Notes under the pieces: model-generated
What the model was told of the DNA's origin: nothing
Databases searched by the model: none
What the model saw: the letters and a program-made list of their open reading frames with translations, nothing else
In this document: piece after piece, positions 31,101 to 41,088 of the stretch
How positions within the stretch are numbered: position 1 is the stretch's first letter
How the letters are laid out: the number at the start of each line of letters is the position of its first letter
Translations under genes and position numbers: made by a program
Assembly: GCA_033762295.1 (NCBI GenBank)
Contig: JANRLW010000004.1
Coordinates: 1-42,171 of the forward strand
Direction: 5' to 3'
Length of the DNA stretch: 42,171 bases
From: Capsulimonadales bacterium
Lineage (GTDB): Bacteria; Armatimonadota; Armatimonadia; Armatimonadales; Armatimonadaceae

Positions 31101-34100
31101 CGCAATCATTACATCACGATTACCTTCCCGTCCGGGGAAGTGTACCGATTCGCCGCTGCCTACTATCCGTACCAGCAGGGAATTCTTCCGATCACGGCGG
31201 CACGTCTGGACTGGGTTCCGGTCGGGCGGACGCGCGGCACGCTGACGCCGGTCGGGGACGATCCGTCGGGCACGAACGTTCTGGTTGCTCCGGCGGACGG
31301 TGGAAACTTCGATTACGGCCTGCCACCGCGTCCGGTGTTTCTGGTCGGCTATGAGGAATTGGAGTACGAGCCGACGCTGTTCGACCTGAGGACGCTCGAC
31401 GGTACGGTCTTCCGAATCGACGAGATCAAGGGCTTGGTCCGGGTCACCGATCCGAACGGCAACTCCCTGAGCTTTTCGAAGGACGGCATCCTCTCCTCGA
31501 CGGGTATGAGCGTCTCGTTCACGCGGGACGGGCAGGGGAGAATCACGGGCATTACCGATCCGAACGGAAACGATCTGACGTACACTCCGGACGGCGCGGG
31601 CAATCTGTTATCCTTCACCGATCGAGCGGGCAAGGTGACCCGGTTCGCCTATGACGCGCGTCACAGCCTGATCCGCCTGACCGACGCGAACGGCAACGAT
31701 CCGTTTACCAACACCTATCAGCCGAACGGTCGTCTTTCGGCCACGACCGACAACTCCGTCGGAGGTACGACGGTGTTCACGCACGGCCTGGACGATCCCG
31801 AACTGGACGACCGGACGGAACTGATCACGGACGCTCAGGGTAACCGGACGGCTCTGAGCTACGACCGCCGGGGCAACATCACGCAGACCACCCGTGTCCT
31901 GCTGTTGCCGGGCGGCGGTCAGCGCGCGATTACCACGTCCGCCGTCTACGGCGATACCGCCAACCCCGATAAACCCACCCAACTCACCGACCCCCTGGGA
32001 CGAACGACAGCGCATACCTATAATACGCTTGGCTTGATCGAGACGACGACGGATTCCCGGGGCATCGTCACCACGACCAACCGCTACGATACGAATGGTC
32101 GGCTCATCGCCGTCGAGGACGCGAATGGGGTCGCCGTCCTGAAGCAGACATTTACGTCGACCGGGAAACTTAAAACGGCGACGGACGCCCTCGGACATAC
32201 CACCACTTTCGAGTGGAATCCCGATGGAACACTGGCCCGGTCGATCGATGCGGCGGGCGGCGTCCGAAGCATGGAATACGATCCTCAGGGAAGGATCACG
32301 AGGGCGACGAACGAACTGGGTCATTCGATTGAATACCGTTATACGCCGAATGGCTATATCGATCGGAAACTGACGACCCGCAACCGTCGCCTTCTGGCCG
32401 GATGGGACGGAGCTTCCTCCCTCGGACTGCCTTTGCTGGCGAGCGCCGACCCCCTCGCCGAGCGCTTTGCGCGTTTCCCCACGGAAAATCGTCGCCCCCA
32501 GAGAGGGCCCGCCGCATCACCGGCCCTTCCTACCCTCCGCCATTTCGTTCCTTCGGGGATGCAGGAGGAGACCGTCGTCGAAGAAATCCTTACGAAATAT
32601 GTTTACGATAAAAACGACCGCCTGATTCAAACCATCTTCCCGGATGGCAGTTCCTCCCGGGTCGATTACACGCCGACAGGACAGATAGAACGGATGACCG
32701 ATGTCCTGGGGCGCACCACCCGCTATGCCTATGACGCCCAGGGACGGCAGCTTCGGGTGACCTTCCCGGACGGAACGGAGGCGAGCGCCGCCTACGATAA
32801 TCTCGGCCGCCGGATCTTCGGGACGGACCAGGGCAATCGACGTATCGGTTACGTTTATGACAGTCTGGATCGGATGACCCAGGTTTCGTTGTATGCGCCC
32901 GGTGCCGCTGCGCCGACAATCTCCACGACTTACGTCTACAATGACGCCGGGCAGGTATCAACCGTCGTCGATGGCAACGGACACAGCACCCGAACCGATT
33001 TTGACGATCAGGGTCTGGTTCGGAGGGTGGAGGATCCGACCGGGGCCTATATCCTGTTCGATTTCGACCGCAACGGTCGTCCGTACCGACTGACCGATGC
33101 GCAGGGCAATACCCGAACGCTCACCTTCGACGACGCGGGACGGACAACGGCCAGCACAACGGCGGATGCTCGGGGCGAATCCTCCGAGACGGTACGTTAT
33201 GTTTACGATGAATTGCATCGTGTTAAGAACATCGTGTCGCCGTCCGGACGCACCGACTCCTATGTCTATGATGCGAAAGGTCGTGTGATTGCGGCCTCCA
33301 ACGCTCAGGGGGAAACGACCAACTACGCCTATGACGAACTCGATAACCTGATTTTCGTTACCGATCCGAACGGGCGAACCGTGCGTCGGGACTACGACAA
33401 TGTCGGACGTCTCATTCGACGTACCCTTCCGGGCGGACAGTTTGAATCCTTTACCTACAACCCGGACAAAAGCCTGGCGAGCACGACCGATTTCAACGGA
33501 TACGTCACCACCTACGCTTACTTTCCGCAAAGTCGGCATCTATCGTCGGTCACCCCGGACCCTCGACGGAACGAATCTCCGATCCACTACACCTATTTTG
33601 CCGACGGTCGGCCACGCACGGCAACCCGGGGCAACCTGACCACCACCTATGGCTACGATCCCCTCGGACGACTGACCTCCGTGACGTCGCCGGCCGGAAC
33701 CGTTTCCTGGCAATCGGATAACGAGGATAACCGAACGAGCCTGACGACGCCGGCCGGAACGACCACCTATACCTACGACGACGCCGACCGTCTGCTGACC
33801 GTGACGCCGCCGGGCGGGATCGGCGTTACGACGTATGCTTATGATCGGATCGGACGTCCGATCGGAGTGACACGGCCCACCGGCGTGACGACCGCCTACG
33901 GCTATGACGGCGCCGGCAACCTGACGAGCGTGATCCACTCCGGGGGACCGTCCCTCGCCTACACCTACGATCCGGATGGTCGCCGCCTCACCATGACCGA
34001 CGACCGTGGGACCACCACCTATGCCTACGATCTCGCGGGCCGCTTGATCGGAGAGTCCGGACCCGGCGGACAGGTCGCCTACGGGTACGATGCGGCCGGG

Positions 34101-36392
34101 AACCGCCTGACCACGACCGAGGGCAACCGGACGACCTTCTACCATCACGATGTCAACGATCGACTGCTCAGCATTCAGGGGGCGGAAGAACCGATCGTCT
34201 ACCGGTATGACGCCAACGGCAATACCATTGACGCCAACGGCATTGCCCTGTCTTACGATTTTCTGAACCGGATGATCGGGGCCGGGGATAAAACGTTCGT
34301 TTATGACGCGGAAGGAAATCGCCTTCAACAGTCGGGGCCGTCGGGAACCGTTTCCTACCTGAACGACGGCGGTAATGTGGTGGCCGAATACGTTCAGGGG
34401 CTTCAAACCGCCCGTTATGACTACGGTCTGGGTCTGGCTTCCGGCTGGCGAGCGGGGGAGGGAGCGTTCCACTACCTGACCGACGGCCAGGGCAGTGTGG
34501 TCGGCCTGAGCCGTGGGGGCGGTAGCCTGTCCGATCGGTACGTCTACGATGCGTTCGGCAATCCCCGGCAGGTGCAGGGAGCGAGTGGGAATCCGTTTCT
34601 GGGCATCGGCGGCGAGCAGTACGATGCCGATACCGGCCTGTATTTCCTCCGGGCACGCTACTACGATCCCCGGACCGGTCGGTTCCTGTCTGCGGACCCG
34701 CTGGGCGGTAACCCCGAAAACGACTATGCCTATGCGATGGGCGACCCGGTCAATAACAGCGATCCGTCGGGAATGGAAACGCTGGCGGAATCGCTGACGG
34801 TCAGTTCCCTGGCCCCGATGGTGCGTGGGGCCGCTCAGACGCTGGGAGGAATCTGGAACGGCGTCGCCAACCATGCGGCGGACATCGCGATCGGGAAGTT
34901 TACCGGGAGTAATCCGGAAATCGAACTGGAGGGGTTTGCGCTGGCGGCGTTCACCGGGGCGATGGGAGGGATCCATCCGCTTCTGGGGGTGGCCGCGCAG
35001 ATCGGTTCGTCTCTGGTGGTGACCTATCGCGGATTGCAGGACGCGCTGGATGTGATCCACGACCCGAACGCCTCGGCGATGGAAAAACGGATGGCGGCGT
35101 TGACGGCGACCTTTCAGGTGGCGGACTTCACGTTCAACAGTTTTGTCTCGGCATTCCATGCCGGTCAGATAATGAAGCTCAACGGCTACGGTAGTCGTGG
35201 GGCGGATGGGATGGACGCGCTGGAGCAGTTGAGTCCTCGGGGTCTTGGGATTCGTGAGGAGTTCAAGAGTACGACCTCGACGTCGTTGTTCGCCACCGGT
35301 CAAAAAGTGCGGAACCGGGAGGTATACCACTGTTTCACGAGGGAGAAATGCTTCCCTGCCGGAACGTCGGTGGTGGCCCGGTGGAGCGAGGAGGAACCGT
35401 CGGACGATCCGAAATCGGCCCCGGATCGGGTTCCGATCGAGCGGATCGTGTTGTCGGAGCGTCAGGCGCAATCGGAGGCGGAGGGGGTCGCCCGGCGCAT
35501 GACGGGTCGTTCGCTGAGTGAGGGCCTGGTGTGGTCGCTTCGTTCGGGTCACTGGTGGGTAGTGAGTCGGGACGAGGTGACGGGGAAGCTGGTGTGGCAG
35601 CGGGTTCGGACGACGAGCGTGAACGAGACGAGCGAGTTGGTGTCGGTTTGTCTGTCCGACCGTTCCGGCAGGATCGTGGAACGGATCGCAGCGACTTCGG
35701 AGCATCCGTTCTTCACGTCGAAAGGTCAGGTAAAAGCGGGAGACCTGGGGATCGGGACGGAGATCCTGACGCGCGCCGGTCCGCCGCTCATCGTCGCGAA
35801 GGTGGAACGCGTCACTCGACCGGAAGGCGTTGCGGTCTACAACTTCGAAGTCGAGGGCGACGCCAAAGCGGGGGAGAAGGCACATAGCTACTTCGTCGGA
35901 CAAGCCAGCGGCGTCTGGGTACACAATGGATGTACAGGGAAAAATTACACTGGCCCGGGGATGAGCGCCGCAAGGCGGCAAGCGTTGCCGACAACGCCCG
36001 GTATTTATTTCGTCCGCAATGACGCCACGGGCCAGAAATATATAGGTCAAGCGGGAAATCTGCAAGATCGCCTCTTAGACGCTAAACATGAGAATGCGCG
36101 CAGAATACTTGATATTGGATCAGATGCCGATGTTAAGATAACATTCTATGCAGTAACATTTACAGGCAATTCTGCGACTGACCGTGATCATGCTCTGCAA
36201 GTGGCTGAACAGATTATAATGAACCAGAATGGCACGATTCCGCAAAGTCGACAAGCCAATGCAACATGGCTAAATAGGATTCCGGCGCTATCACCAGCCA
36301 AGTTCCGACGTTTTACAGATACCTTGCTACGAAAAACAAAGAGAACATATCTTGATCTGACGCCAACAATCGGAAATGGTCAAGATTACTAA
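25140..36392 (+). CDS. Giant Rhs/YD-repeat polymorphic toxin: signal peptide, choice-of-anchor-A-like domain, Ig-like repeats, Rhs core, HINT, GIY-YIG nuclease
   Basis: Signal [61 protein letters not shown]n3-like module; ISRSYDS..GDFGVGW; many YD repeats; [20 protein letters not shown]18-DPSG; CFPAGT..VYNFEV..WVHN; GIYFVRN..YIGQA..R. Confidence 0.93.
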   Translation: MPVRPSALSFGERKTETVPVTIRRITVALAWLFWSFLSLGSAAAQTASASNLGVANDYNLFVLEDVSQSGSDTEGRMAVGGKLTLSSYDVASLMGDGAGVHLVISTGPFEMTYGRIRGSLISDGPIKLHNPTALGNVSGNGSVAFDQYGTVSGNVTYGTTFSNHPGSRTTISGTVTRRTVSLPFSFAAVRADLHSLTDRLRSAPATGTVQVRYGGITCVGNRAGLNVFNVNGTDLANCNSLTINVPSNATAVLNVSGTNNRMRNFGFTLLGGADRTRILYNFPETTTLTFSGIGIQGSVLAPRAALTFSNGVLNGTLICKSLTGPGQMNLATFTGDLTTGSSVTLAGLSVLPSSVIGGQQTAVGTVTLSAPAPSGGASVSLSSTNTAAQVPTASGSGLSGSVLVAAGQTSATFPIVTSAVTVTTPVTISASYGGVGKSAPLTVNPPPLPTVLSLVVSPSSVEGGASATGTVTLSATAPTGGATVALTVNSTKVTVPASVTVPAGQTRATFTVSTSPVSNTTTALLTGSYNATSASAPLTITPPTLAALSIAPESVKGGKTATGTVTLSSAAPPGGSIVLLSSGSAKAKVPASVTLAAGATSGTFPITTEGVATDTPVTVTGTMNGVSKAASLTIEAPDLVSLTVIPSSVKGGVQNAGGVLTLDTEAPTGGLDIRLTSDRPEAQTPGSVRVPAGRKTADFTVTTGTVTDPVTATLTGTLNGVDTAATLEIEPVPISLTLTVAPTPQIGGRSSVGTVTLSRAAPAGGTVVALSSADSGIATVPTSVTVPEREKTVTFPVTTKPVAVVRQVELTGTVGANSDSAVLEVTPPRLVSLTVDPSVLKEGSQATGTVTLSGPAPEGGITVSLDRSLPALSLPDTVTVPTGSTEATFKLTAGNVTGDTVVTVSATLGPDTETATVTIPYGEVDLLTFEVTPSAVFGETDATGVVTLTKPAPVGGVTVALASDNPAIAPVPARITVPAGSASASFTITTGRVTAVTVVTLSATLGATTRTASLTVSPYPCEGYLQYGDADVLGTGTYIRDPKTGTNLISLLPGQITVSSLLPLRHLFPFSPAANDFPGTDRIYVGNTQTNVHDGYSSSLRTKGPQILTLDYSSLVPPHQTITRLTLGIGADDFQFPPFRQPFIASINGISQPILTDFLNLLDQTGPVVQFFTIGIDPAILTPDHKLTLSIDQLGDGGDGWAIDFLTVGVRTQCGQAEVGVHLTIAPALVVGGAQTATGTVTLREVAPPGGAVVQLVTTSPLLTVPPAVLVPAGERSARFTIETLPVRQATPATVIASYNGESPATLLVDAPPIVPVQLIVQPASVQGGQQNATGTIILTRPALAQTVVTVNLTSGNPEVASVPAEVIVGSGSNQASFPITTRSVTAATTVPIRATMYNGTVEAELAVLPVGAVGIVGLTIAPESVRGGASAVGTITLTGPAGVGGQRVSVSTGNPFLTVPAVVTVPAGSTTVAFPIKTTAVATTVSGEVRARLLDSPNTAMVTAILTVLPPELLGLTVSPTTVAGGQSAVGTVTLSSAAPSSGVVITLKSSRGDVAPVPATVTVPGNATSGTFGINTRTTPANVTATLKATLEDSERTASLTVTTAGVMPPGVAITAPTDGAAIRTALPATITVEATGAPSTGGTIDRVELYSGDTLLGIMAPGEVPGTFTLAWRNVTAGDYTLSARLTDSNGLFAVSAPVRVAVSESRNVTPTPVISPEGGAYSGSVTVTITDADPNATILYTTDGSDPLTRGTVYTTAFTIVDSLTVRAVAVDPGAGFLPSAVASESYLIDNGIPGNPDGGLSVVMDAPTDGQTVTEPGDIIATVTAPTSGALYQIAARLADRTGTNGGWTVLGSGTVGGGTTSVRAPFDPTLLLNGLYEVRAVAIGRDQRRAEDRSSFVVEGNMKIGNFKLAFNDLTIPVRGIPITISRSYDSLDKRVGDFGVGWTLQMTNIRLQKSCPIANHWEQSGTDFLFGSKFYTLEQTRNHYITITFPSGEVYRFAAAYYPYQQGILPITAARLDWVPVGRTRGTLTPVGDDPSGTNVLVAPADGGNFDYGLPPRPVFLVGYEELEYEPTLFDLRTLDGTVFRIDEIKGLVRVTDPNGNSLSFSKDGILSSTGMSVSFTRDGQGRITGITDPNGNDLTYTPDGAGNLLSFTDRAGKVTRFAYDARHSLIRLTDANGNDPFTNTYQPNGRLSATTDNSVGGTTVFTHGLDDPELDDRTELITDAQGNRTALSYDRRGNITQTTRVLLLPGGGQRAITTSAVYGDTANPDKPTQLTDPLGRTTAHTYNTLGLIETTTDSRGIVTTTNRYDTNGRLIAVEDANGVAVLKQTFTSTGKLKTATDALGHTTTFEWNPDGTLARSIDAAGGVRSMEYDPQGRITRATNELGHSIEYRYTPNGYIDRKLTTRNRRLLAGWDGASSLGLPLLASADPLAERFARFPTENRRPQRGPAASPALPTLRHFVPSGMQEETVVEEILTKYVYDKNDRLIQTIFPDGSSSRVDYTPTGQIERMTDVLGRTTRYAYDAQGRQLRVTFPDGTEASAAYDNLGRRIFGTDQGNRRIGYVYDSLDRMTQVSLYAPGAAAPTISTTYVYNDAGQVSTVVDGNGHSTRTDFDDQGLVRRVEDPTGAYILFDFDRNGRPYRLTDAQGNTRTLTFDDAGRTTASTTADARGESSETVRYVYDELHRVKNIVSPSGRTDSYVYDAKGRVIAASNAQGETTNYAYDELDNLIFVTDPNGRTVRRDYDNVGRLIRRTLPGGQFESFTYNPDKSLASTTDFNGYVTTYAYFPQSRHLSSVTPDPRRNESPIHYTYFADGRPRTATRGNLTTTYGYDPLGRLTSVTSPAGTVSWQSDNEDNRTSLTTPAGTTTYTYDDADRLLTVTPPGGIGVTTYAYDRIGRPIGVTRPTGVTTAYGYDGAGNLTSVIHSGGPSLAYTYDPDGRRLTMTDDRGTTTYAYDLAGRLIGESGPGGQVAYGYDAAGNRLTTTEGNRTTFYHHDVNDRLLSIQGAEEPIVYRYDANGNTIDANGIALSYDFLNRMIGAGDKTFVYDAEGNRLQQSGPSGTVSYLNDGGNVVAEYVQGLQTARYDYGLGLASGWRAGEGAFHYLTDGQGSVVGLSRGGGSLSDRYVYDAFGNPRQVQGASGNPFLGIGGEQYDADTGLYFLRARYYDPRTGRFLSADPLGGNPENDYAYAMGDPVNNSDPSGMETLAESLTVSSLAPMVRGAAQTLGGIWNGVANHAADIAIGKFTGSNPEIELEGFALAAFTGAMGGIHPLLGVAAQIGSSLVVTYRGLQDALDVIHDPNASAMEKRMAALTATFQVADFTFNSFVSAFHAGQIMKLNGYGSRGADGMDALEQLSPRGLGIREEFKSTTSTSLFATGQKVRNREVYHCFTREKCFPAGTSVVARWSEEEPSDDPKSAPDRVPIERIVLSERQAQSEAEGVARRMTGRSLSEGLVWSLRSGHWWVVSRDEVTGKLVWQRVRTTSVNETSELVSVCLSDRSGRIVERIAATSEHPFFTSKGQVKAGDLGIGTEILTRAGPPLIVAKVERVTRPEGVAVYNFEVEGDAKAGEKAHSYFVGQASGVWVHNGCTGKNYTGPGMSAARRQALPTTPGIYFVRNDATGQKYIGQAGNLQDRLLDAKHENARRILDIGSDADVKITFYAVTFTGNSATDRDHALQVAEQIIMNQNGTIPQSRQANATWLNRIPALSPAKFRRFTDTLLRKTKRTYLDLTPTIGNGQDY
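26166..29960 (+). repeat. Eleven ~95-100 aa Ig-like repeats (7 + 4, split by a unique insert)
   Basis: Recurring [29 protein letters not shown]...ATF..TT, counted 11 times. Confidence 0.85.
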
Positions 36393-37355
36393 CCAATTGT
36401 GCTATTCGGTTGTAGCCTTCGGACCTCAAATACAGGCAATCTCGGCGATGCCCACATGCCGCCTTGCCTGAAACGAGAGTTCCTCCGACCAAAGCAACAG
36501 CAGATTGTACGCCGCTGACACAAACGTCAATCGAGCCTCCAAAGAGGGCCACGTTCGGTTGCTCACCTTCTTCAGATGCAAAACCGTCACCAAAACCGAG
36601 AACAAAGACTCGATCAGCATCCGAAGGTTGTTCTCCCCCCGCTTACAGATCACCAGGAAAGCCAAATCCCCGCCTCGCTTCGTACCACGATGGAAACCGC
36701 TGTCCGCATACAACGGAGAGCAAATCCCCTCCCAGTAGCGCCATTGACGCTGGAAATCTCCGTCATAAGTATTGGCTCCCTCGGCGTCCCAGTCACAAAT
36801 CCGACCACGAGCGTTCACCAGAGCGGCATACTTGATGCCCACGATCCAGCGATGGTTGGACTTGACCTTCTTCCCGATCTGACGCTTGCTTCTGCCTTCC
36901 CGTCGTGGGTGGATCAGTTCGATCCCGAAGGAATCGGTAAATCCCAGAGGGGCGTCGGTTGCCATGAAGGCATCTGCCAGTGCTTGATACTTGGTCAAGA
37001 GGCGAAAGAGGCGAGTTCTGTCGGGCAATCGAGGAAAGAAGTCGGTTAGGTTGGCCTTTGCCCATCGCCAGAAGGCGGTCTGGCTTCTTCCCTTGATGGC
37101 GTAGAGGATTCCGAGGGTGACGATCTCGCTGGGCCAGAGGTGGGCACGCGGATCTTTGTTCCGGTTTTGGGCAAGCGCGTCATCGACCGTGACGAAGAGG
37201 TGGAGGACGAAATCGGCGATACAATACATGGCGGTCAAGCGGTTCCTGAGATGGGTTTTGGTGTGGTAGCCTATCTTATTGAAGATGCCGCTTGGTTGCA
37301 TTTTCTTTGTCTTCAGTTGTTAAAGAGCGTCAACAATACGATGCGTACAATTGGT
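36392..37355 (-). mobile_element. IS982-like insertion sequence (~960 bp)
   Basis: Terminal IR ACCAATTGT/ACAATTGGT. Flanking direct repeat TTACTAA at 36386-36392 and 37355-37361 (or TACTA, depending on end placement). Confidence 0.8.
36426..37229 (-). CDS. DDE transposase (IS982-like)
   Basis: LFVTVDD, SEIVTLG, FFPRLPDRTRLFR, FTDSFG, LYADSGF, RMLIESLFS. Start could be 37229 or 37301. Confidence 0.8.
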   Translation of the reverse strand: MYCIADFVLHLFVTVDDALAQNRNKDPRAHLWPSEIVTLGILYAIKGRSQTAFWRWAKANLTDFFPRLPDRTRLFRLLTKYQALADAFMATDAPLGFTDSFGIELIHPRREGRSKRQIGKKVKSNHRWIVGIKYAALVNARGRICDWDAEGANTYDGDFQRQWRYWEGICSPLYADSGFHRGTKRGGDLAFLVICKRGENNLRMLIESLFSVLVTVLHLKKVSNRTWPSLEARLTFVSAAYNLLLLWSEELSFQARRHVGIAEIACI

Positions 37356-37370
37356 TACTAAGGGCTCGAT

Positions 37371-38267
37371 ATGTATTTTGAACCACCGAACATGGACTCA
37401 GCAGAATCCGTCCGGTTCTCCGATGGCATGATTCAGGACCCCCTCAGCAGGAATACGTTTCTTCTTTCGGAGGGTTTACCTCAGTGTCTTTGCCCTCAAA
37501 CGATCAAGAACGTAACGCTTTTCGAGGTCAAACGGCGATTTTTGACCGCACTGCCAGCCTTTATCAAGGAGTTTACGAATCTTGAGTTTTTGCATCTTCC
37601 CGCTTATACCGCGAGTTCGTTGAAGCCTGGCGATTTGCCAGATTCCGTTCGAACTCTTCTCGTTTATGGCGGTTCGATCAAACTACACTCCGAGTTGGTA
37701 TTGCCTTCTCTTGAAAAACTCGTTGTGACTCAAGGAGAATGTCGGTTTCATCATTCAACATTGCCATGTCTGAAAATGTTATCAACGGATCTCGATAAAG
37801 AGAACCGGATTCTCACGCAGGTGTTACGGCTAACGCAATTAAAACACCTTTCAATTGGTCCAATTAGGAACGAAAATCTATTCCTGGAACTGTCTGCATT
37901 ATCATTAACCTCACTTAATATACGACCAGGAAGTGCTTTACGTAGCCTTGATGGAATCGAGTTAATTGGTTCGCTTACCCAGTTACAACTGACCAACTTT
38001 CGTCAACTTGCTAAAATCGAGAGGCTTAATGAATTGATCGGACTAATTGACTTAATCTTTTTGAGATGCTATATAGAAGACTTGAATCCGCTCAACCTAC
38101 ACCCAAGCTTGAAGAGTTTAACTCTTTGGTCCTGTAAACCAGTTCCGGAACTCACGCCGGTAAATCATATTAAAACGTTAGAACAATTGGTGCTAAGAAA
38201 TTGTGGTTCCATCGATTCGAACCTACTAAAGCGACAAATAGACACAAGGATTAAGCTCATTCTCTGA
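37371..38267 (+). CDS. Leucine-rich-repeat protein, putative immunity protein for the GIY-YIG tip
   Basis: LxxLxL repeats (NLEFLHL, SLEKLVV, QLKHLSI, SLTQLQL, SLKSLTL); low GC; 9 nt from the toxin stop once the IS is removed. Confidence 0.75.
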   Translation: MYFEPPNMDSAESVRFSDGMIQDPLSRNTFLLSEGLPQCLCPQTIKNVTLFEVKRRFLTALPAFIKEFTNLEFLHLPAYTASSLKPGDLPDSVRTLLVYGGSIKLHSELVLPSLEKLVVTQGECRFHHSTLPCLKMLSTDLDKENRILTQVLRLTQLKHLSIGPIRNENLFLELSALSLTSLNIRPGSALRSLDGIELIGSLTQLQLTNFRQLAKIERLNELIGLIDLIFLRCYIEDLNPLNLHPSLKSLTLWSCKPVPELTPVNHIKTLEQLVLRNCGSIDSNLLKRQIDTRIKLIL

Positions 38268-38324
38268 GATTTGACTTCCGAAATTTGCTTCTTCACTGCC
38301 TCAAACACTCTCTACGCCTTCTGG

Positions 38325-38428
38325 GATAGCGTTGTGACGGGGGAACTACTGGACCGTAGTCAAAGGCACTCAAAGCTTTCGCGCCCCAGCCCATACTCGG
38401 CTCAGATTGACCACTTGGTTCCTAGACA
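38325..38428 (+). pseudogene. Remnant of an HNH-type toxin tip truncated by the IS1 element
   Basis: DSVVTGELL..PSPYSAQIDHLVPR resembles the AQ(V/I)DHIxP start of HNH toxin domains and stops at the IS1 left end. Confidence 0.5.
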
Positions 38429-39235
38429 GGTTATCGTTTCACATCCGTTGATTCGACCCCGTTTCGTGATATGATTTTTGCGTGTACAACACCTCGCCTC
38501 CTTGCCCCTTTTGCCAGCAGATTCAACCCGTTGTCTACTGGGGAACCAACGAAAGCAAAACCCGACGATTCCGCTGTAAAGACTGCAACAAAACGTTCAC
38601 TCTCGACCCCATCGCCAAGCACATCTCCCCCGAAAAGGAAGCCCTCATCGCCCGACTCCTTCAGGAGCGACTCAGCGTCGAGGCGATTGCTCGCGCCACT
38701 CGTTGCGCCAAGCGAACCGTCTACAACGTGCTCAAAAAAACGCAGCAAACCTCATCCGAGAGCCCGATCCCTCCTGCGATCCTTCCCTCGAACTAAAGCA
38801 GGATGCCCTGGAGTTGGACGAACTCTGTATCAGTAAGAAGCGTAATCTGTGGCTTTGGACCGCCGTTTCTCGGTACACGGGCCAAATCATCGCGTGGGTC
38901 CTCGGCAGTCGTGAATGGCATCACCTGACGCGACTCTGGGAGAAGATTCCCCGGAAATGGCGTCGCCGCCGGGTCTATACGGACGGTTTTGGGGCGTATG
39001 CGGCTTTCTTCTCTTCTTGGCAGCATCGTGTCTGCCGGAAGTTCGACGGTGGCACCTGCACGGTGGAGGGGGTGAATAATTCGTTGCGTCATCGTTGCTC
39101 TGCTCTGGTGCGCCGGACGAGTGCCAAGTGTCGGTCAGAGGGATGGCTTTTCGATCGGATTTCCTGTGCGGTTTTGGCGCACAATCGGAACGGACCCCCT
39201 GGACTCCGCTAGCCTCCGCTTGCGAAACGATCGCA
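38429..39235 (+). mobile_element. IS1-family element (right end uncertain)
   Basis: InsA/InsB ORFs; imperfect IR ATCGTTTCACA (38433-38443) vs TGCGAAACGAT (39221-39231); no target duplication seen. Confidence 0.7.
38482..39212 (+). CDS. IS1-family transposase InsA-InsB expressed by -1 frameshift
   Basis: InsA Zn ribbon CPFC..CKDC and HTH; slippery A7C at 38734-38741; InsB LELDEL, WLWTAV, YTDG, VEGVNNSLRHR. Confidence 0.85.
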
Positions 39236-39325
39236 CGTTTTTCCTCGACCCGAACCGCGATGATGTCATCACGTCGCCAATTTGAAGCACGATAGCTGAA
39301 CCGTTAGCATATCAGACATTTTTCC

Positions 39326-39445
39326 GCCGGTACGCCGGTGGTGGCCCGATGGAGCGAGGAGGAACCGTCGGACGATCCTGCCGTGGCCTCGGATCGGGTT
39401 CCGATCGAGCGGATCGTGTTGTCGGAGCGTCAGGCGCAATCGGAG
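39326..39445 (+). repeat. Copy of HINT 5' segment (35358-35477)
   Basis: 120-bp colinear match; the last 56 bp are identical. Confidence 0.95.
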
Positions 39446-39718
39446 CAGGCAGGACATTTAGTCGCCCAAAGATTGGGGGGACCAGGGGGACATCGTTCGG
39501 GAAACATTGTGCCAATGGAACGCCTCCTTAACAATGGAGACTTTAAGAGCTTTGAAAACCGAATATTTAACTTGGTTTTCGGCGGGACGGACGTACAACT
39601 GCGAGTAACTCCGACCTATGGGCCGAACACGGCATCGTCGCGACCGGAATGGATTCTTTACGAGGTTTTCGATAGGAACCAGAGTTTATTGTTTCAACGT
39701 AGGTTTTTTAATCCTTGA
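39338..39718 (+). pseudogene. Orphan toxin 1: HINT N-terminal fragment fused to a DNA/RNA non-specific endonuclease (NS_2-like) tip
   Basis: AGHLVAQRLGG..NIVPM..LNNGDFKSFEN..RP..FFNP. Confidence 0.75.
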
Positions 39719-39745
39719 TATTGCCTCTTTTGGGAATCGGTACGA

Positions 39746-40171
39746 ATGGAAGACACTGTCAAAACGATTCTATATAGCTTTTTCTCGGAGATGCACGAGT
39801 GGGAGAATGGCAACCTTATCTTGGACGATATAGCAAGAGACTGGGACTCGAGATATCACGAGTTTGTCGAAAAAGAGAAAGAAAGATGGTCACTATTCCT
39901 CGAAATCTTCGCTAAATATTGTATTGGCTCTGGCGAACCTGCACGAACTAGGTCATATACGTCATTATTCGAATATTCCGTTGAACATGAGTTTATCGAT
40001 AAAATTATGTTCGTCGACTTAGATTTGGCGGAAGTTGAAACGACTCGGCGATTGCGAGGAGTTACTGAACGATTTAAATACACGCTAAGCCGACACGAAG
40101 GAACATGGCGGATTGTCGATAATCGATTGGAGCAAAACCCTGATGGATCGTGGTTTGCCGCACCTTTGTAG
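39746..40171 (+). CDS. Putative immunity protein (NTF2-fold immunity / RhsI-like)
   Basis: Low GC, directly after the toxin; FFSEMHEWE..IFAKYC..AEVETT..FKYTL..GTWRIVD. Confidence 0.7.
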   Translation: MEDTVKTILYSFFSEMHEWENGNLILDDIARDWDSRYHEFVEKEKERWSLFLEIFAKYCIGSGEPARTRSYTSLFEYSVEHEFIDKIMFVDLDLAEVETTRRLRGVTERFKYTLSRHEGTWRIVDNRLEQNPDGSWFAAPL

Positions 40172-40380
40172 GTAGTGTTACAGCGGCAATTAGGCGTCAG
40201 GGGGGCATCTCGCTTCCCTCCGACGATAAAGACAACGCATTGCTGGCAACGGGTGACGCCGCCGCCAACAAAACCAATGCCACAACTGCATCAGGTCGGT
40301 AGGTCGTAGCCACAGAAAGCCCCACAACAAACGACGCACCACCGACAACGTCAACGGCACCAATTCCAATACCGACCTGT

Positions 40381-41088
40381 GTGAACGAGACGAGCGAGTT
40401 GGTGTCGGTTTGTCTGTCCGACCGTTCCGGCAGGATCGTGGAACGGATCGCAGCGACTTCGGAGCATCCGTTCTTCACGTCGAAAGGTCAGGTAAAAGCG
40501 GGAGACCTGGGGATCGGTACCGAGATCCTGACCCGCGCCGGTCCGCCGCTGATTGTCGCCGGTGTCGAGAAGATTTCCCTCGATGAACCGGTGCCGGTCT
40601 TCAACTTTGAGGTGGATGACCCTGCGGATAAGGGAGAAGGCGGAAGCAAGCACAGCTATTTTGTCGGACATGACAGCGGCGGACTTTGGGTACATAATGG
40701 CGGATGCATTGATGTTAACCTTCCTGTGCCGCCAAATCGTCGGGCTTATATCACTTACGCTATCAAAAATGCAGGCGAAGTGGTATATATCGGCAGGGCA
40801 ACTTCAAAGGATAAGGGCGCGACCCCTATGGACGCGTGGCGCTATCGATTGAAGGGAGGCCACGACCATTTTCATCCCGAATTAGGAGATGAAGTAGAGA
40901 TTATCGATGTCCAAGAATCAAAGGCGACATCCCAGGCTGCCGAGTGGATATGGTGGCAATTCTACGGCGGCAGCCGTGACCCGGGAACAAACCTTTTACG
41001 AAATGTCGATCCTCCTTTCAGCGATCGCCTTGATCTTTGGCGAAAGAACAAGCCCAAAATTATAAGATATTTGAAAGAAAAGAGATGA
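40381..41088 (+). CDS. Orphan toxin 2: HINT C-half plus second GIY-YIG-like nuclease tip
   Basis: First 137 bp identical to 35619-35755; LWVHN-GG; YITYAIKN..VVYIGRA..R..E..N. Confidence 0.8.
   Translation: MNETSELVSVCLSDRSGRIVERIAATSEHPFFTSKGQVKAGDLGIGTEILTRAGPPLIVAGVEKISLDEPVPVFNFEVDDPADKGEGGSKHSYFVGHDSGGLWVHNGGCIDVNLPVPPNRRAYITYAIKNAGEVVYIGRATSKDKGATPMDAWRYRLKGGHDHFHPELGDEVEIIDVQESKATSQAAEWIWWQFYGGSRDPGTNLLRNVDPPFSDRLDLWRKNKPKIIRYLKEKR

Noticed and set aside
28437..31109. 890-aa minus-strand ORF (also 33540-36065, 2983-4833, 23143-24966, 15521-17206)
   Set aside because: Antisense shadows of well-supported GC-rich genes; Arg/Gly-rich with no motifs.
35349..35927. Classical intein with a GIY-YIG homing endonuclease
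   Set aside because: The nuclease lies after the terminal His-Asn rather than inside the HINT, the +1 residue is Gly, and different tips follow homologous HINT copies.
8850..36392. FHA/kinase/PP2C cluster as T6SS regulators of the Rhs toxin
   Set aside because: No tss, vgrG or PAAR genes; the toxin has a Sec-type signal; 7.5 kb of unrelated genes lie between them. Proximity alone is not evidence.
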